64,000 bases of DNA from an uncultured Acidobacteriota bacterium (GCA_963776315.1 CAVZMJ010000010.1:148896-212895), one strand, 5' to 3'; shown: positions 46,013 to 55,590, counted from the first letter of the stretch. Program-made: numbers and translations. Notes: generated by a model from the letters alone, not told the origin.

Positions 46013-46674
46013 TTGTCCACCGTTCAGCACGGGAGATCGCAGGCGCTCTCCGTCGCGGCAGAGGAGCTGGTGCGGGCGGGGCGCCGTTTCGACCAGCGAG
46101 GCTGGGTCCAGGGGACGAGCGGCAACTTCAGCGTCGTCATCGACCGCGATCCGCTGCGGCTGGCGATCACGCCGAGCGCGACGTTCAAGGGCGAGCTCGA
46201 CGCGGACCACATTCTCGAGATGGACGAGCGTGGCACGCCGGTCGGGGGCGGGACGGCGCGTGTGTCGGCTGAAGCGCTCCTGCACGTCGAAATCGTTCGC
46301 GCGCGTGGTGCCGGAGCAGTGCTCCACACCCACTCGATCTGGAGCACGCTCCTCTCCGGGCGCTTCGGAGACGCCGGTGGGTTCTCGATCGAGGGTTACG
46401 AGATGCTCAAGGGACTCGAAGGCGTCGCACGCACGAGCATCGCGAGTGGTTGCCGATCGTCGAGAACGACCAGGACATGGCGCGCCTGTCGGGCGTCGTG
46501 CGCGGCGTGCTCGACCAGCATCCGGATGCGCACGGCTTCCTGCTGCGCCGTCACGGACTCTACACCTGGGGTGCCGATCTGGCGCAGGCCGTCCGGCACG
46601 TGGAGATTCTGGAGTTCCTGATGGAAGTCGTTGGGAGAGATGAGGAGCGCCTGCGGCCCGAGCGCGGCGCGTAG
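46013..46674 (+). pseudogene. mtnB: Methylthioribulose-1-phosphate dehydratase, one frameshift (or indel error)
   Basis: GRRFDQRGWVQGTSGNFS...VLHTHS...YEMLKGLEGV, then the frame of ORF 46450..46674: THEHREWLPIVENDQDMARL...GFLLRRHGLYTWG. Shift near 46425-46432. Confidence 0.75.
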
Positions 46675-46727
46675 TCGCCGCGCGAGAGCGAGCGGGGGTG
46701 GGGCCCCGCGAGCATTGAGAAATGCAG
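46674..46727. repeat. REP-like repeat (reverse orientation copy of 14003-14056)
   Basis: gtcgccgcgcgagagcgagcgggggtggggccccgcgagcattgagaaatgc; two mismatches to the reverse complement of the 14003 copy by eye. Confidence 0.6.
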
Positions 46728-46770
46728 ACTCAGCCTTTTGTAGGAACATGCGACTAGAAGGAGCCTCACC

Positions 46771-47337
46771 ATGGCCGTCGTCAAGATTCCCTCGGATAAC
46801 GTCACGCTGACAGACGCGCAGGACGTCACGACGTTCCTCGCCGTGCGCGGCATCGAGTACGAGCGCTGGACGCCGGCTGTCGAAGTGCCTGCCGATGCGC
46901 CGGCCGACGCGGTGCTCGACGCGTACGCGCACCAGATACAGACGTTGAAGCGACGCGGCGGCTATGTGACCGCGGACGTGATCGACGTCAAGCCCGACAC
47001 GCCGAACCTCGACGTCATGCTCGCGAAGTTCAACAAGGAGCACTGGCACGACGAAGACGAAGTGCGGTTCATCATCGAGGGACGCGGCATCTTCCACATC
47101 AACGCCGGCGACAGCGTGTTCGTGCTGGAAGTGGGCCGTGGCGATCTGATCCGCGTGCCCCGAGGGACGCACCACTGGTTCGATCTCTGCGCCGAGAAGC
47201 GGATCAGGGCGATTCGCCTGTTCCAGGACCCTTCGGGCTGGACGCCGCACTACACCGAGAGCGGCGTGGACCGCGGGTTCCAGCCCCTTTGCTTCGGTCC
47301 GTCGTACGTCGGGCCGTGGGTCCAGCCGCACGCGTAG
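46771..47337 (+). CDS. mtnD: Acireductone dioxygenase (ARD cupin)
   Basis: [24 protein letters not shown]...[10 protein letters not shown]. Confidence 0.9.
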   Translation: MAVVKIPSDNVTLTDAQDVTTFLAVRGIEYERWTPAVEVPADAPADAVLDAYAHQIQTLKRRGGYVTADVIDVKPDTPNLDVMLAKFNKEHWHDEDEVRFIIEGRGIFHINAGDSVFVLEVGRGDLIRVPRGTHHWFDLCAEKRIRAIRLFQDPSGWTPHYTESGVDRGFQPLCFGPSYVGPWVQPHA

Positions 47338-47340
47338 CGA

Positions 47341-48195
47341 GTGTCTGCGTCTCTGCACCTGGGCGCCGCGGGCATCGATTTCGTGCTGCTCGACATCGAG
47401 GGCACGACCACGCCGATCACGTTCGTGCACGACGTGCTCTTTCCCTACGCACGCGTCCGCGTGCGCGCGTATCTCGAGGATGCCCACAATTCCGACCCTG
47501 AGGTTCGTCAGATCGTCGAGGACCTGCGTCTCGAGCTTCCAGCTTCCGGCTTCCCGCCGCCAGCAGGAGGCCTGAACCCAGACGTGGGGAGCCGTGAGCT
47601 GGAAGCTGGCAGTGGGAAGCTGGAGTCTGGCACCGCGAAGCTGGGAGCTGGCAGCGGGAAGCCGGAAGCTGACAGCGGGAAGCTCGGCTGGCAGCTGGAA
47701 GCTGACATCGCCAGCTATGTCTATTGGTTGATGGACCGCGATCGCAAGTCCGGTCCGCTCAAAGCGCTGCAGGGGCGCATCTGGGAGCAGGGTTACGCCA
47801 CCGGCGCGCTGAAGGGCGAGGTGTACGCCGACGCGCCAGACGCGTTCGCGCGGTGGACCGCCGCCGGCGTGCGCATCGGCATCTACTCGTCGGGCAGCGT
47901 GCTCGCGCAGAAACTCCTGTTCGCCCACTCGACGGCCGGCGACCTCTCGCGGTTCCTCAGCGGTTACTTCGATACCGCTGTTGGCGCAAAGAGAGAAGCC
48001 GTCAGCTACCGGCGGATCGTCGAGGCGCTCGAGCTCGCGGCGTCACGCGTGCTCTTCGTATCGGATGTCGTCGCCGAGCTCGACGCCGCGCAGGAGGCAG
48101 GCCTTCAGACCATGCTCTGCGTGCGGCCTCCGGCGCGACCGCCCGCAGCGAGCGCGCACCGCATGGTCGAGTCCTTCAACGAGATCGAGGCGTGA
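47341..48195 (+). CDS. mtnC: Enolase-phosphatase E1 (HAD family) with an inserted repeat-encoded segment
   Basis: LLDIEGTTTPITFVHDVLFPYAR, DRDRKSGPLKALQGRIWEQGY, IYSSGSVLAQKLLF, GYFDTAVGAKRE, LFVSD. 284 aa versus about 225-235 aa as I recall for orthologs. Confidence 0.85.
   Translation: MSASLHLGAAGIDFVLLDIEGTTTPITFVHDVLFPYARVRVRAYLEDAHNSDPEVRQIVEDLRLELPASGFPPPAGGLNPDVGSRELEAGSGKLESGTAKLGAGSGKPEADSGKLGWQLEADIASYVYWLMDRDRKSGPLKALQGRIWEQGYATGALKGEVYADAPDAFARWTAAGVRIGIYSSGSVLAQKLLFAHSTAGDLSRFLSGYFDTAVGAKREAVSYRRIVEALELAASRVLFVSDVVAELDAAQEAGLQTMLCVRPPARPPAASAHRMVESFNEIEA
47531..47706. repeat. GCTGGAA-heptamer palindromic element embedded in frame in mtnC
   Basis: Left arm tcgagcttccagcttccggcttcccgccgccagc (47531-47563) is complementary to gctggcagcgggaagccggaagctg..gaagctcg (47647-47687). 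At least 12 consecutive 7 nt units run from 47597. Confidence 0.7.
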
Positions 48196-48234
48196 GCGAT
48201 TGCCTTCAGTGTCGTTCGCGCCGATAATGCAGCG

Positions 48235-48420
48235 ATGAAGGACCTCGCCCCACAGACGATCGAGCTCGAATCCGAGAAGGTGCAGTTTCTCGAGGAGATG
48301 TCGACCAAGTACGGCCTCGCGGACATCGGCAAAGCCGTGCGATGCCTCGTGAACTACGCCCGCGAGAACCCCGATCGACTAGACGACATCTTCAGCGAGA
48401 TCCGCTGCCTGGACTGTTAG
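48235..48420 (+). CDS. Small conserved-looking protein (61 aa), hypothetical
   Basis: MKDLAPQTIELESEKVQFLEEMSTKYGLADIGKAVRCLVNYARENPDRLDDIFSEIRCLDC. Protein-like composition; no family recognised. Confidence 0.5.
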   Translation: MKDLAPQTIELESEKVQFLEEMSTKYGLADIGKAVRCLVNYARENPDRLDDIFSEIRCLDC

Positions 48421-48429
48421 CCGCTGGGA

Positions 48430-48571
48430 GGGCTCAAAGGGTCAAGGCTCAGGGCTCAAGGCTCAGGCAAAAGCCTTCTGCCCTGATGAAGATCAGTATG
48501 CTCTTCCCTGAGCCCTGAGCCCTGAGCCCTGAGCCCTGAGCCCTGAGCCCTGAGCGCCCTGAGCCTGAGCC
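48430..48571. repeat. GGGCTCA-heptamer palindromic element (long right arm)
   Basis: ggctcaaagggtcaaggctcagggctcaaggctcaggc ... (cctgagc)x7 and more. The right arm runs into the stop codon of the M13 gene. Confidence 0.8.
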
Positions 48572-50595
48572 TACCAGATCACCACTCTCCCCCCCGGCTC
48601 CCGATACATCCCATCGCCCGGCTTGGTTCCGAACGCTTCGTGGAAGCCGGCTATGTTGCTCGCGGGGCCGTTCGCGCGGTATTCGGGTGGCGCGTGCGGC
48701 GTGGAGAGGAGCGTCTGCCGCAGGTACTCATCCCGGATCCGGCCCTTCCACGCCTGCGCCCAGCTCAGAAAAAAGCGTTGTTCACCGGTAAATCCATCGA
48801 TCACAAGCGACGATCGCCCGCGGAGCGACATCTTGTAGGCGCGCCACGCGATGGCCAGCCCGCTCAGGTCGCCGACGTTCTCGCGCTGCGTCACGAGTCC
48901 GTTGACGCGGGCGCCGGGCAGCGGACTATAGGCATTGAACTGCGCGACGAGCGACTGCGCTTTCGCGGCGAACGCCTGTTCGTCGGCGGCCGTCCACCAG
49001 TTCGCTGCCGCGCCGCTCCCGTCGAGGCGGCGGCCGCGATCGTCGAAACCATGGCCGAGCTCGTGCCCGATGATGGCCCCGATCGCCCCATAGTTGGCGG
49101 CGTCGTCGGCTTCGACGTTGAAGAGCGGCGGCTGCAGCATGGCGGCCGGCACCACTACTTCGTTGAGGACCGGGTTGTAGTACGCATTGACCGTCTGCGG
49201 CGTCATCAGCCACTCGCCGTGCGCGCCTGACGCCGACAGCCGGCTGAGTCTGTACTCGCCGTCGAACTGACGCGCGCGCTGCACGTTGCCGAAGAGATCG
49301 TCTGGCTTGATGACGAGCCCGCGGTAGTCGCGCCAGCGATCCGGGTAGCCCACCTTCGTCGAGAGCTTCGCCAGTTTGTCGAGAGCGCTGCGCTTCGCCG
49401 TCGCGGACATCCACGGCGACTCGGCGATCGCCTGACGAAATGCCGTGAGGAGCGTGGCGACGAGGACCTCGACGCGTGCCTTGGATGAAGCGGGGAAGTG
49501 CTGCTCGACGTACAGCCGTCCGACCGCATCGCCGAGAAAACCGTTGACCAGGCTCACGCCGCGTTTCCAGTGCGTGCGCGGCAGTTCCTGCCCGCTCAGC
49601 ACCCGGCCGAAGAACTCGAATCGCGCGTCCGAGAGCGCGCGTGTCAGGTAGGGCGCGCATGCGGTCAGCAGTCGAGAGACCAGCCACGCCTTCCATGTCT
49701 CAATCGGCGTCTCACCGGGCGTGGATCCGACGAGCGCCGCGAAGCCCTTGAAGAACGACGGCTGTGCGAGGACGACGAAGCCGGTGCGGTCGATGCCTTG
49801 AGGTCGAGCCCAGCGCGACCAGTCGAAGCCTGGCATCTCACGCTCGAGCGCGGCAAGGGAGAACTTTGTCGCGGCCCGCACCGGGTCGCGCATCTCCTGC
49901 GGCGTCCACTGCAGCCGGGCGATGCGAGTTTCGAGGGCGAGCACGGCTCCCGCGTCCGACGCGGCGCTCGTGCGTCCGGCGAGGGTGAAGATGGTCGTCA
50001 GGTAGGCGACATACTGCGCGCGGATGCGGACGAAGCGTTCTTCCTCCTCGAGGTAGTAGTCGCGATCCGGCAGCAGCGTTCCGCCCTGGGCCATCGATAC
50101 GAGCGGGAGGCCGGGCCTCGCGGCGTCTTCCTCCACCGTACCGAGAAACGGACCGCCGAGCGCGATGGCCGAGAGATAGCCCGACTCCGACGCGAGATCG
50201 CGCGGCGTCCGGATCGCATCGATCCGGCCGAGCAGGTCCGCGATCGGCCTGAGGCCGAGCGCTTCCGCGCGCGGCTGGTCCATGAGGCTGGCGTACAAGT
50301 CCGCAATCTGGCGCGCCGTTCCGCGCTGACGATCGCGCGCGGCGGCGATGCCCTCGATGATGGCGCGCAAGTCGCTTTCAGTTTTGTCGGCGAGCTCGAT
50401 GAACGTTCCGTACGTCACTCGATCGGACGGGACTGGCGTCCGCGCGAGCCACCGACCGTTGACAGCGCGAAAAAGGTCATCCTGCGGGCGGACTCCTGGA
50501 TCGAAATTGCTCACGTCCAGGCCCGACGCGGGCTGCTGCGCTGGCGTCAGCGCGACACCTACCAAGACCGCCAAAACCAGGGTTTTGAGCGTCAT
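48571..50595 (-). CDS. M13 family metallopeptidase (PepO/endothelin-converting-enzyme-like)
   Basis: GAIIGHELGHGFDDRG (HEXXH), ENVGDLSGL, signal peptide. Confidence 0.9.
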   Translation of the reverse strand: MTLKTLVLAVLVGVALTPAQQPASGLDVSNFDPGVRPQDDLFRAVNGRWLARTPVPSDRVTYGTFIELADKTESDLRAIIEGIAAARDRQRGTARQIADLYASLMDQPRAEALGLRPIADLLGRIDAIRTPRDLASESGYLSAIALGGPFLGTVEEDAARPGLPLVSMAQGGTLLPDRDYYLEEEERFVRIRAQYVAYLTTIFTLAGRTSAASDAGAVLALETRIARLQWTPQEMRDPVRAATKFSLAALEREMPGFDWSRWARPQGIDRTGFVVLAQPSFFKGFAALVGSTPGETPIETWKAWLVSRLLTACAPYLTRALSDARFEFFGRVLSGQELPRTHWKRGVSLVNGFLGDAVGRLYVEQHFPASSKARVEVLVATLLTAFRQAIAESPWMSATAKRSALDKLAKLSTKVGYPDRWRDYRGLVIKPDDLFGNVQRARQFDGEYRLSRLSASGAHGEWLMTPQTVNAYYNPVLNEVVVPAAMLQPPLFNVEADDAANYGAIGAIIGHELGHGFDDRGRRLDGSGAAANWWTAADEQAFAAKAQSLVAQFNAYSPLPGARVNGLVTQRENVGDLSGLAIAWRAYKMSLRGRSSLVIDGFTGEQRFFLSWAQAWKGRIRDEYLRQTLLSTPHAPPEYRANGPASNIAGFHEAFGTKPGDGMYREPGGRVVIW

Positions 50596-50791
50596 TCCTG
50601 GCCCATTGCCTAGGTGGTCGACTTACACAAATCTGGTTATAGGCAGATGTGCGTGAATCTTGCACTGCGACAAGTAGTCGCGGTTGAAACGTAGAAGTTG
50701 AATGTGTTCAATGCGTTAGCTATGAAAGAGGCACTCGTAAGGGAGCACAAAGTCTGCCTTCCAGGTGATGGTTCCAAAGGAATCCGCAAAC

Positions 50792-51436
50792 ATGAAATTG
50801 CGAAATCTTGTCCTGGTGCTCGCCCTGCTTGTTCCGTCGATCGCAACGGCGGGCCCGATTTCGACCGGCATCTGGTCTCCGACCTCAACGGTCCCGGTCG
50901 CCGACCCGGCGCTCCACCCGCTCGAGCTCGCCTCATTCTGGTCGGGGGCCTCGTGGGACGGCTGGCACAAAGGCGTCCGTTATCTCCTCGAGGAGTACGG
51001 CGTGACGGGACTCGAGTACCTCAACGACGGTTTGGGGAACTACACGTCCTTCCGATTCGACGAAGACATCTTCAACCTCACAAAGATCGGCGGCATCACC
51101 GGCTGGACGAACGGCGTGCTCGGTCGTCGCTCGGACGGGGCCTTCACCTATGACAGCGGCACCGGTCGCGTGTCGAATTCGTGGGACAACCCCGGGCAGT
51201 ATGCGCTCTTCCGCCTCGTCCTTCCCGAAGAGACGCGCTACTTTCTCGGCGTCGAGGACATTCTTCTGAGCGAAGAGTACAACGATCGCGACTACAACGA
51301 CCACATCGTCAGGTTCGACGTTCCGCAGCCCGTTCCCGAGCCGGGCACGCTGCTGCTCCTCGGCTCCGGGATGGCGGCGCTCGCGGCGCGAAGGAAGCTC
51401 GCAGCCCGAAAGGCACGCAACGAGAACGCCGTCTAG
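50792..51436 (+). CDS. PEP-CTERM sorting-domain protein
   Basis: Signal peptide MKLRNLVLVLALLVPSIATA and C-terminal VPEPGTLLLLGSGMAALAARRKL. Confidence 0.8.
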   Translation: MKLRNLVLVLALLVPSIATAGPISTGIWSPTSTVPVADPALHPLELASFWSGASWDGWHKGVRYLLEEYGVTGLEYLNDGLGNYTSFRFDEDIFNLTKIGGITGWTNGVLGRRSDGAFTYDSGTGRVSNSWDNPGQYALFRLVLPEETRYFLGVEDILLSEEYNDRDYNDHIVRFDVPQPVPEPGTLLLLGSGMAALAARRKLAARKARNENAV

Positions 51437-51546
51437 AACCGCAGATCGCACGAGCCACGGACGACACAGAGCGCGAGCTCCTCCGCCTGTCGTCGCCGAC
51501 CATCGAGCGCGGTGCATACGGCTCGCGGATCACGCGGACTGGCCAA

Positions 51547-51630
51547 GACTCACGGGGCGCGGATCACGCGGATGGTTGACTCACGGGACGCGGATTACGC
51601 GGATCACTGACTCACGGGACGCGGATCACG
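51547..51630. repeat. 31 nt tandem repeat (2.7 copies) of gactcacgggRcgcggatYacgcggatNNtt
   Basis: Units at 51547-51577, 51578-51608 and 51609-51630. A single reverse copy lies at about 20350-20380. Confidence 0.7.
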
Positions 51631-51721
51631 ACAGGCTCAAGGGTCAAGGCTCAGGACTGAAACAAGGTCTTCGAGTGTGCAGTCGAAAGGGTTTGCCCTG
51701 AGCCCTGAGTCCTGAGCCTGT
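51631..51721. repeat. GGGCTCA-type palindromic element, reverse orientation core
   Basis: acaggctcaagggtcaaggctcaggac ... cttcgagtgtgcagtcgaaag ... gccctgagccctgagtcctgagcctgt. Confidence 0.75.
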
Positions 51722-51954
51722 CCGCGATCCTCGCCCGCCCTCTTCGTCACGTCGCGTGCGTGCTGGTCGGCTGGCCCTCGTCACTCTAACTCTGGCACCG
51801 CGCGAGAGGCGTCGCGCTCTCGAGCAGTCAGCAATGGATGGTGTGGCTGTCGTTTGCGGCCGGCGCCGCGCTCAGCCTCGGTAACGTGTGGGTGGTCGAT
51901 GCGATCAGGCGTGCGGGCGCTCGAAGAAGTGGGCTGAGGATTGTCGGGGAGCTG

Positions 51955-52617
51955 TCAGATCGCGTCCACCAGGCCGTGCCACTCCGGCGTTTCCTGAAAG
52001 AGGGCGGCGCCACACATCCACGTGCCCTCGCCAATCAGGTTCTCCCACACCAGCTTGGCCTTGACCGACAGCTGCGCAGTGGGCAACGTGATGCTCAGCG
52101 ATTCCGGCAGCGCGCCTTCCGTGGCAGGGAGGCTTCGCCGCATCTCGAAGCGCAGACCGCCGTAGCTCACGTCCACGATCCGCGCCGGCGCGTCGTCGAC
52201 GCTGATGGGCAGGCCGCCAATCACGGGCTTGCGTTCCCATCGGCGCGGTATGCCGAATGCCGGTCGGGCAGCGGTGAGCTTCTGAGCGACCAGGTCGAGC
52301 AACCGAGCGGGCGACACCGGTTTGAGGACGTAGTCGGCGCCGCGGCGCCGCGCGTCGGCCTCGAGGACGGGGTCGGCGAACCCGGTGATGATGATCGCCG
52401 GTATCGGCTGCGGGCTGCTGATTACGAGCTGGAGCCCGTTGAACGGGCCGAGCCGCACGTCGGCGATCAGGAGATCGGGTGGCGACGTCCGCAGCACGCG
52501 CGTGGCCTCTTCGAACGTGCCGACGGCGACCGCCTCGTAGCCGGCTTCCTCGAGGAATTCGGCGAGGCCTTCCCTCGTTGTCTTGTCGTCGTCGACGATC
52601 AACACCTTCGAAGGCAT
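51955..52617 (-). CDS. Response-regulator receiver plus PilZ domain protein
   Basis: AGGAGAG precedes the ATG at 52617. MPSKVLIVDDDKTT...DLLIADVRL (REC), then RRWER ... DVSYGG (PilZ RxxxR / DxSxxG). Confidence 0.8.
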   Translation of the reverse strand: MPSKVLIVDDDKTTREGLAEFLEEAGYEAVAVGTFEEATRVLRTSPPDLLIADVRLGPFNGLQLVISSPQPIPAIIITGFADPVLEADARRRGADYVLKPVSPARLLDLVAQKLTAARPAFGIPRRWERKPVIGGLPISVDDAPARIVDVSYGGLRFEMRRSLPATEGALPESLSITLPTAQLSVKAKLVWENLIGEGTWMCGAALFQETPEWHGLVDAI

Positions 52618-52938
52618 GCTCTCCTCTGCGGCCGCGTGTGCAGGTGACGAGGGGTCAACGCAACCTTGATGCCGGACCGGGCCGGAAAGGAACGCCGCGC
52701 CGGCGTGGGTTGCGGGACGTTGACCCCGAGCCGTCCATTTCACATTTGTCGAGTGCTGTTTCGAGTCTGATGGCAGCTCTACCATAGCATTGATCGCCTG
52801 GCACCCCGCTAGTTTGCCATGACGCTACACAGAGACGCGACAAGACGAGACGAAGCGTTCCCTACGCCCGGGGGTATCGGGTGCTGTTGCGACGTGCTTT
52901 AGTGGGCGCGGGAACGGACTATCGAAGGGGCGGGGCTC

Positions 52939-54261
52939 TTACAGGAATCGCACGCGGCGCACGGCCGTAGTGACGACGAAGACGCGGGTGTTGTTTGCGG
53001 CGGGATCCGCAGGGCTGACAAAAAACCCCTGGGCGTCAGGCCGATAGTTGAGCGTCGTGCCGAGAACGCTCTCGCCGTCGGAGAAGGTGACCTCGACGCG
53101 CCTGCCCTGGCCCTTGGTGCCAAACGCCTTGCGTTCGCGATAGTGCGGATTGCCGTTGAAGTCCCGGACGAAGAACACGGCCTTCAGTCGCGCGACCGGC
53201 ACGAGGACGCGCTCTTTCGGCGTGGCGCTGATCGAGGGCCAGAGCGAGAACTGCGCCCGCGACGGGTGAAAGTCCTGCGTGTAACCCTTGAGGATCTTTC
53301 CGTCCGTGTATCGCGCCACGATTCGCTGAAACGTCGACTTGCCCTGGTCCGCGGATTCTGGGGTGAGGACCTCTGGCCGTGCCACTTGCACCTCGACCGC
53401 ATCGGGCGAGATCTCCGTCGGCGCCGGTACGCTCGTCGTTGGCGTCACGTCCGCGTCGACGACCGTCGCGCAGTGGTCGATGAGAGACGCCAGTCGTCCG
53501 CTGGTCGGCTCGAGCAGCGATCGCCAGCGCTGCGGCACGCCGCGCATCCGTTCTACGAGTGCGGCCGCCGCGACTTCGCGAGGCGCGCCGTCGCGCAGAG
53601 CAGGAAGGATCGCGGTCAGCAGATCTGAAATGTGTCGGCTGAGCACGTCGCTCCCGCGCGTCGACGTGCGCGCCTGAAGCGCATCGAGCACGTGGAGCAC
53701 TTCCGTGCGCTCGAGCGTGACGCCGCCCGTCCCGGCCGCGCTCGACGATACGCATCGTTCGAGCAGGTACCTCAGCGCCTTGTCCGTACCGACGAAATTC
53801 GCCGCCGCCGGTAGCGGCGCGGGTGCGGACGCGCGTCGCGCTGTCCGCTCGGGCAGCTCGATCAAGTGGGCAAAGGCGCACGCGCCGCGGTACTTCGCCG
53901 TTTCACCACGGAGGCTGGCGATGTAGCAGCGCAGCACTTCGAGGGGGACCGCCGCGTCGATTTCGGGCCCCGTCATCTCGAGCGTGAGCGTGACGCCGGG
54001 CCGCAGCGGCGCGTCGACCTCGACGAGCGCACCACCCTCGGACAGATCGACGAGCGTGACGTCGTAGCCGGTGCCGCCGAGCAGACGCACGGCGCGCAGC
54101 CATTCGAGATCGCCGGCACCCCGTCGCTGATGCGCGCGGCGATCGGCGCGGGCGGCCGCGGCAGGCGACGTCAGACGGCGCGCCGCCAGCCGAACCGAGA
54201 ACGGGACCGCCTCAGCGGTCTCCGGCGCAAGCAGTTCCAGTGGACTCATCGCTCCCGACAC
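52939..54261 (-). CDS. PilZ domain protein with conserved C-terminal domain of unknown function
   Basis: RRAHQRR ... DLSEGG PilZ motifs at the N-terminus. C-terminal block ILKGYTQDFHPSRAQFSLWP...LKAVFFVRDFNGNPHY...GFFVSPADP. Confidence 0.7.
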   Translation of the reverse strand: MSGAMSPLELLAPETAEAVPFSVRLAARRLTSPAAAARADRRAHQRRGAGDLEWLRAVRLLGGTGYDVTLVDLSEGGALVEVDAPLRPGVTLTLEMTGPEIDAAVPLEVLRCYIASLRGETAKYRGACAFAHLIELPERTARRASAPAPLPAAANFVGTDKALRYLLERCVSSSAAGTGGVTLERTEVLHVLDALQARTSTRGSDVLSRHISDLLTAILPALRDGAPREVAAAALVERMRGVPQRWRSLLEPTSGRLASLIDHCATVVDADVTPTTSVPAPTEISPDAVEVQVARPEVLTPESADQGKSTFQRIVARYTDGKILKGYTQDFHPSRAQFSLWPSISATPKERVLVPVARLKAVFFVRDFNGNPHYRERKAFGTKGQGRRVEVTFSDGESVLGTTLNYRPDAQGFFVSPADPAANNTRVFVVTTAVRRVRFL

Positions 54262-54282
54262 TTTCCTCGCACAGCACCATCG

Positions 54283-55239
54283 CTAGACCACGACGGTCGG
54301 AACTTCCAGCTCGCCTTTGCGGAACGCTTCCGTGAACGCATGCACGACGCTCGGATCGAAGTCGGTTCCCGAACCCTTGACGATGATTTCCTTGGCGTCG
54401 AACGGCGACATCGCTTTGCGGTAGGGCCGATCGCTCGTCAGCGAATCGTAGACGTCGGCCACGGAGATGATGCGCGCTTCGAGGGGAATGTCCTGGCCCT
54501 TGGTCGGGTTGTAGCCCGACCCGTCGAACTTGTCGTGGTGCGACAGCACGATCGGAATCACGCGCCGCAGCGATCCGCCGACAGGCTCGAGGATCGACAC
54601 GCCCTTGTTCACGTGCTCTTGCATGTGCTTGAACTCTTGCTCCGTCAGCCGCGCGGCCTTGTAGAGGAGCTCACGACTGATGTCCAGCTTGCCGATGTCG
54701 TGGAGGAGCGCCGCCGATCGCACGTCCTCGACGCGGCCCTGAGGCAGCTCGAGCTCGGCGGCAATCGTCGCGGCGTAGACCGAGACGCGATACGAGTGGT
54801 TCTCGGTGTAGGTGTCCTTTGCGATGAAGTGACGGAGGATCATCAGGACACCGTGATAGGTCTGGCGCAGTTCGTTGATCTGGCTGGCGCTGTGCTCGTA
54901 GAGCGTGCCCATCGAGTAGCCCGTGACGATGAGCACGCCGCCCCACACCGCGATATCGAGCCAGCGCTCCGACAGCACCGTCGCGCTCGCGGTCGCCGCG
55001 AGGAGCACCGGGTTGTACCACGTCATCAGGCACACGAGCAGGACGCTGCCGAGCGCCGTCAGCGTCGCGTGGCGGCGCCCGTAGAGGTAAGCGGAGCTGA
55101 GCGTCGGCAGCGTGTAGAAGCTGAGCACCATGCGCTGGCCGTCCACCGCCAGATTCAGGAGCAGGCAAATCCCGAACAGAGACAGGAGCAGCCAGAGCTC
55201 CTTGTTCACTTCCTCGATGCGGCCGAACCTCGGTTTCAT
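54283..55239 (-). CDS. Membrane-anchored HD-GYP-type phosphodiesterase
   Basis: HSYRVSVYA, LLHDIGK, HHDKFDGSGYN (GYP degenerated to GYN). About four N-terminal TM helices. AGGAG lies 8 nt before the ATG at 55239. Confidence 0.85.
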   Translation of the reverse strand: MKPRFGRIEEVNKELWLLLSLFGICLLLNLAVDGQRMVLSFYTLPTLSSAYLYGRRHATLTALGSVLLVCLMTWYNPVLLAATASATVLSERWLDIAVWGGVLIVTGYSMGTLYEHSASQINELRQTYHGVLMILRHFIAKDTYTENHSYRVSVYAATIAAELELPQGRVEDVRSAALLHDIGKLDISRELLYKAARLTEQEFKHMQEHVNKGVSILEPVGGSLRRVIPIVLSHHDKFDGSGYNPTKGQDIPLEARIISVADVYDSLTSDRPYRKAMSPFDAKEIIVKGSGTDFDPSVVHAFTEAFRKGELEVPTVVV

Positions 55240-55590
55240 ACCTGGTGCTCCTGGCTGTTTCACTGACGCCACAATCGGTCCCGTGCTCGAGAGGCAACCG
55301 ACTGAGCGCTGGCAAGAAAAGATCCGCGCCAGCGGATTCGAGCCAACTAGCTGGTGCTCAAGACTTTGATGCGGAGGGACTCTTAGGGGGTCGCCGAAGG
55401 TCAGCGTCTAAATGCTCCAGATCGAGACGCTTTGGTGACGAATCCGGCAAAGAGTGTTGAATTCTAGTGAAATCGAGAGTATTGCCTGTGCTGAAACAGC
55501 TCAGGCAACCTGTGCGGTGCCCGAATGTGCGCAGTTCATGCTGCCTTGTTTGGAGGCAACTCTCCGCGCCGAAGCGGCGCAGCCGCAGCC

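Noticed and set aside
47508-47708. 66 aa minus-strand ORF inside mtnC
   Set aside because: Created purely by the heptamer repeat (periodic SFPLPAS peptides); an artefact of the repeat.
46396-47928. 510 aa minus-strand ORF
   Set aside because: Antisense to the mtnB-mtnD-mtnC genes, which have clear family motifs. No recognisable motifs of its own.
51547-51630. Possible CRISPR array (31 nt repeats; also the heptamer arrays)
   Set aside because: The units are directly adjacent with no unique spacers, and no cas genes are in the window. This is a tandem repeat, not a CRISPR.
53866-55266. 466 aa plus-strand ORF (similar cases at 60210..61328 and 30790..32499)
   Set aside because: Each is antisense to a gene with strong motif support (HD-GYP, PilZ, ABC-F), so these are high-GC shadow ORFs.
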